From positions 15,929-79,928 of the forward strand of contig CANRIX010000004.1 in assembly GCA_947630765.1 (NCBI GenBank): a stretch of DNA of 64,000 bases, given 5' to 3'. The stretch comes from an uncultured Clostridia bacterium (GTDB lineage Bacteria; Bacillota; Clostridia; Oscillospirales; CAG-382). The position numbers and the translations under genes are program-made. Under the pieces are notes generated by a model. That model made no database searches and was not told where the DNA came from. It saw nothing but the letters and a program-made list of their open reading frames with translations. Below, piece after piece: positions 61,301-64,000 of this stretch (position 1 is the stretch's first letter; every line of letters begins with the position of its first letter).

Positions 61301-63618
61301 AGGGCTTCCAGCGTTTCCGGATCCGTTCCGCCGGACTTCGCCATGCCGTAAAGGTCGAGATTTTCGGGCGCGTCCAGAAGCGTCGGCTGCCCCCAAAGGT
61401 TCCAGTCGATCCCTTGGCTTCTGTAGCAGGCGGGACACAGACCCGGCACGCAGGCGATGGTGGAGAAATTGTTCGCGAATTTCCTCGAACGGGAGCCAAC
61501 GACCCCTTCGATCGAGAAATTGTATTCGGTAATGTCGTCGATCCATTGGTCGGACGCGCGGAAATTGAATTCCACGCCGACGATGGGGCAGCCGTGCTCC
61601 ACCGAGCAGGGGATGCCGCTCGTCGTATGATAGGACTTGTTGGGGCAGGTCACGCCCTGACCGCCGTCCGCTTCCGGATCCGATTTGTAGATCCAGCGGA
61701 AATCGGTGTAATCGCCGTCCATGTCGACGACGCCGTCACGGTTCCTGTCGAAGGGCAGCTCTCCGCTGACCTGCGTCGTGATGACCCTGCCGTCGTTGCT
61801 GTGGAGGTCCTGCTGGTTCGTCGTGTAGCGAACCTGGACCGTCTGCCGCTTCGCCTCTTCGTAGTTGTCGTAGAAGTTCACGTCCGCGATCGCGGAGATC
61901 CCGTTCTGCGCGTTTTCGTCGCCGGGCAGGATGTGGTACAGGTCGTCGTCATAGGTGACCTTGAATCTGTACTGGACCCCGGCGGTGGAATTGCCGTTCG
62001 GCGCGGGGCTCTGGGTCACGACGTAGGGGGGCGCTTCGTAGGAAGCGTTGACGTTGTAAAGCATCCCCGACTGCGCGACGATGTCGCTCTCGTCGCCGTG
62101 GTAGTAGCCCGCCTCGAAGTGCTTGGAAAGATAGCTGGTGGAGGCGTCGTCGGTCCATTCGTCGAAATGGTCCGGCGGGAGCGTGGTGACCGCGACCTCG
62201 ACGTACTCGCAGGTCGGGCTCATGAAGCGGAACCCGTCCGGGAAATCGCCGATGTAGTGATTATCTGCGGAAAGCAGAAGGGTGGCGTTTGCGTAGTACC
62301 ATTCATCCATCACGTCGGCCGTGCCGTCGGGATGGTAATCGTACATTTTGACCAGGAAGAAGTAGCCGTTTTCGGCGGCCGTCTTTACGTTCATGCCACG
62401 GTACGTCGCGGTATAGACGCCGGCCGGAACGCCGTCCTCCTCCGAGCCGCCCGCCGAGTATTTCACCTTGAGCCCGTTGTCGTCGCCGTAGACCACGGCG
62501 CCCGAGTACGCCTCGGTCTCGATGGTGGGATACTGGAATTCAAAGTTGCCGGTCGAAACGTATCCCGAAGGATTCCAGTACTCGCCGACAAGCGACTGAC
62601 CCACCAGCAGATAGGTGTTCGTCTCTTTTCCGTCCAAGCCGTACTTGAAGCTCAGGTCGCGCGTGCCGTCCCAGTTTGCGGTGAGCGGGTCGTCCCAGGT
62701 AGCGTCGACGACGTACCATTTGTCCTCGCCGCTTTCGGGAATGTTGACGGCGTTCCACATGTGGTCCTCCGGCGTGCCCTTGCTTTGAACGCCGTGGATC
62801 AGCACGCATTGGACGCCGAGCTTGCTCAGGCAGACCTGGAGCGTGCGGGCATATGCTTCGCACACGCCCTCATGCGTCACGATCCCGTACAGGGTGCGGA
62901 TGTATCTTGCATTGGCGTGCTCCGTACCGTTTACGGTCCTGCACTCGGTTTCGTAGCGGTAATGGAGCTTTGCGACGATCTGGTCGTGGACCGACGTGAT
63001 CAGCGCAGCCTTCCTGTCCTGCTCGGAGTATTCCTGTCCGGCGCGTTTTTCGGCCTCGTCTAAGGTGCGAAGCGCTTCGTCGGTGATCGCCTGGATCGCC
63101 TCTTCGGTTTCGGCAATTTTGGTTTCCAGATCCTCGATCGTTTTCCCGCCCAGCAGATAGGTTTCGCCTCTGCCGGGACCGATGAGAACGTGATAACCGC
63201 CGGAATCCCTCGTCACCTGGAAGGTGAGGTATCCCGAATCAATATACCAAAGCTCGGAATGGTCGAGGTCGAGGGCGTCCTTGGCGGCGCAGAAATCGTT
63301 GAAGATGTCCTTGTTGCCGTCGTTTACGTAGGCGTCGACGTCCTCCTGGCCGATGACGACTTGACCGTCTTTTTTCAGGTTCATCAGGTCAATGATCTCT
63401 GTTCCTTTATAATAGGTTGCTGCATGGTTTGCAAATTCGTCCAACAGCTTGTCATAAATCGCTTTTGCACGGTCGTTTAACTGCTGATAGAAATAATTGG
63501 AGTTGATTTTCTCCGGCTGATAGGAAGCTTGGGAAGTAGCGATTCCGATCGGCAGCAAAGAAAGCAACATTGCGAAAGAGAGAACGAGGGAAAGAAGCGT
63601 TTTCTTTTTTTGTTTCAT
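58330..63618 (-). CDS. 1762-aa cell-surface protein: transglutaminase-like domain, Cys-rich repeats, Pro/Asp stalk, sortase signal
   Basis: Signal peptide; GVCEAYA / HMWNAV / VDATWD triad; ~11 [PA]TCTE.G repeats; SPQTG + TM + KKRR. Confidence 0.9.
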   Translation of the reverse strand: MKQKKKTLLSLVLSFAMLLSLLPIGIATSQASYQPEKINSNYFYQQLNDRAKAIYDKLLDEFANHAATYYKGTEIIDLMNLKKDGQVVIGQEDVDAYVNDGNKDIFNDFCAAKDALDLDHSELWYIDSGYLTFQVTRDSGGYHVLIGPGRGETYLLGGKTIEDLETKIAETEEAIQAITDEALRTLDEAEKRAGQEYSEQDRKAALITSVHDQIVAKLHYRYETECRTVNGTEHANARYIRTLYGIVTHEGVCEAYARTLQVCLSKLGVQCVLIHGVQSKGTPEDHMWNAVNIPESGEDKWYVVDATWDDPLTANWDGTRDLSFKYGLDGKETNTYLLVGQSLVGEYWNPSGYVSTGNFEFQYPTIETEAYSGAVVYGDDNGLKVKYSAGGSEEDGVPAGVYTATYRGMNVKTAAENGYFFLVKMYDYHPDGTADVMDEWYYANATLLLSADNHYIGDFPDGFRFMSPTCEYVEVAVTTLPPDHFDEWTDDASTSYLSKHFEAGYYHGDESDIVAQSGMLYNVNASYEAPPYVVTQSPAPNGNSTAGVQYRFKVTYDDDLYHILPGDENAQNGISAIADVNFYDNYEEAKRQTVQVRYTTNQQDLHSNDGRVITTQVSGELPFDRNRDGVVDMDGDYTDFRWIYKSDPEADGGQGVTCPNKSYHTTSGIPCSVEHGCPIVGVEFNFRASDQWIDDITEYNFSIEGVVGSRSRKFANNFSTIACVPGLCPACYRSQGIDWNLWGQPTLLDAPENLDLYGMAKSGGTDPETLEALSKEMNTSDLNGRLMLVVENKSKGAGDREEYQKIDSYLEENGEVDGSILTSSVFEINFNRICPMVKLKPNQGESLRVQVGYPAGVTYESLGSGEVELKAYHFTRCAPENEADHPCSALKADPNNHKWGEHIVGVDEITVIPTPYGMVIMCSAFSPFEIVAVQKPDGSAAAAQTEKTLIVVSDSNGTVEYEKDGETVEAIGENGNVQIASGTEMTFTVNPKPGYVVNTVSLDGTEVELDGNSFTVESPAKDAVLNVTFIPETVKEVEAENYGTPVVPAVCTHTNIVPNPDSTREAKKATCTESGYEVGTVCADCGQTITEGREIPATGHTIDKNDADCYTAGKNPTCTESGKRDYIKCTVCGTELSKGEELPALGHIFAKSDEDTSIGVTCQGRSYTATCTRKGCGVTETLLDTSEGSKVDHKFENEVETKPATCTEDAVKILQCVWCDETKLQTLEGTATGHTPDETGHCTKCDYFLCTDGHTIVTTPAKDATCTEDGHTAGEQCSVCGYWQVEEKRILATGHDFDGHTKGSKCKICGFEMTSDNHTPEAMEEIPATCTEEGRTGGQKCKLCGDIIEPPTVLPATGHDWDGASAKWTWSGENGFTASVTLTCKNDETHQETFAGVVGEPFTTKAPSCTEEGTATYTATYQIGDETISDEKSVTLPMIGHQFGSEPVKTVPATCTRHAEKVYECTLCGLQNTVVEEGELPPHEMVFDSQKSLPAGCTTEGISVSVCAVCHMETSQTVPATGHNYAGSAVLWAWSEDCSSCTATIPCAQCGETVSPDVTVTSEISKEPSCTEGGETVYTATLVFEGQEHSDTRIVLTDALGHSAKKVEAKEATATEDGNIDYWYCETCEKYFADEALTEEITKEQTVIPATGSDPQPDPDPQPDPDPQPDPDPQPDPDPQPDPDPQPDPDPQPDPDPQPDPDPQPEPSTSTDSDSGSAPSDNESQSPQTGDEGIRYVWPLLILSSGGALVLLARLKKRRPTD
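58505..58661. repeat. 18-bp coding tandem repeat, ~9 units (DPQPDP)
   Basis: GG(C/T)TG(G/A)GGATCCGGGTC(A/G) repeated every 18 bp. Confidence 0.95.
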
Positions 63619-63718
63619 GCGTTACACCTATCCTTTCAATTTGTTTTTGGCTCGCGTTTTTTGGTCCGACGACACGCGCGACGTGTCGCCGGATCCATGG
63701 CCGCAATAAACTAATTGT

Positions 63719-63748
63719 ATTATAGCACGCCCGAACGGTTTTGTCAAG
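63719..63748 (-). promoter_or_regulatory. Sigma-A promoter of the large surface protein
   Basis: Reverse complement TTGACA-17-TATAAT with extended TG. Confidence 0.75.
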
Positions 63749-64000
63749 ATTTCCCCGCAATTTTTAGGGTATGCCGTCACATGCGGGATCGTTCCGCTTT
63801 GGCTGTGAAATTTCATCGGACTTTTCGGAAAAATACTCCTCGCAAAGTCACGAAAACGGCAACCCGAAACACATTTTCGCACGGGCACGCGGAAGAACAC
63901 AAAATATGGGCGCAAAGCTGTCCGGCGAAAGGAGAACCCCTTGACTTTTCCGGTATTTTGTTTTATACTGTATTTGAAAGAAAAGACTTGCCTTCCCGGC

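Noticed and set aside
59086-63063. 1325-aa + strand ORF
   Set aside because: Antisense shadow of the real surface-protein gene; GC-rich codon bias suppresses stops; no motifs

Overview
64 kb of chromosome from a GC-rich, spore-forming Clostridia-like (probably Oscillospirales-type) bacterium; the taxon is inferred from gene content. Core blocks: spoIIGA-sigE, an M50 (SpoIVFB-like) peptidase, cysK, rarA, nrdDG with NrdR boxes, 3 tRNAs, two paralogous orphan solute-binding lipoproteins, ferredoxin, a long coupled run (methyltransferase, giant S8 protease, cyclodeaminase, folD, MoxR-DUF58-transglutaminase), spoIIP, GH35, degV-hlyIII, csoR-copA, rubrerythrin and a 1762-aa sortase-anchored transglutaminase-like protein. 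Three visibly AT-richer accessory patches: ~1-7000 (RCK+RyR protein, CASTOR/POLLUX-like channel, cysteine hydrolase remnant, 2TM-NUDIX-like protein), ~44600-50440 (two-component system with a self-contained regulon motif) and ~54200-55600 (S41 peptidase). The most notable unannotated signal is a ~190-250 bp non-coding element in five copies. Its three stems show compensatory changes. Four copies start within ~10 bp of a stop codon in the same orientation, and the fifth follows an otherwise orphan near-consensus sigma-A promoter. No CRISPR, rRNA, integrase or transposase was seen. All calls come from reading motifs by eye; no database searches were run.
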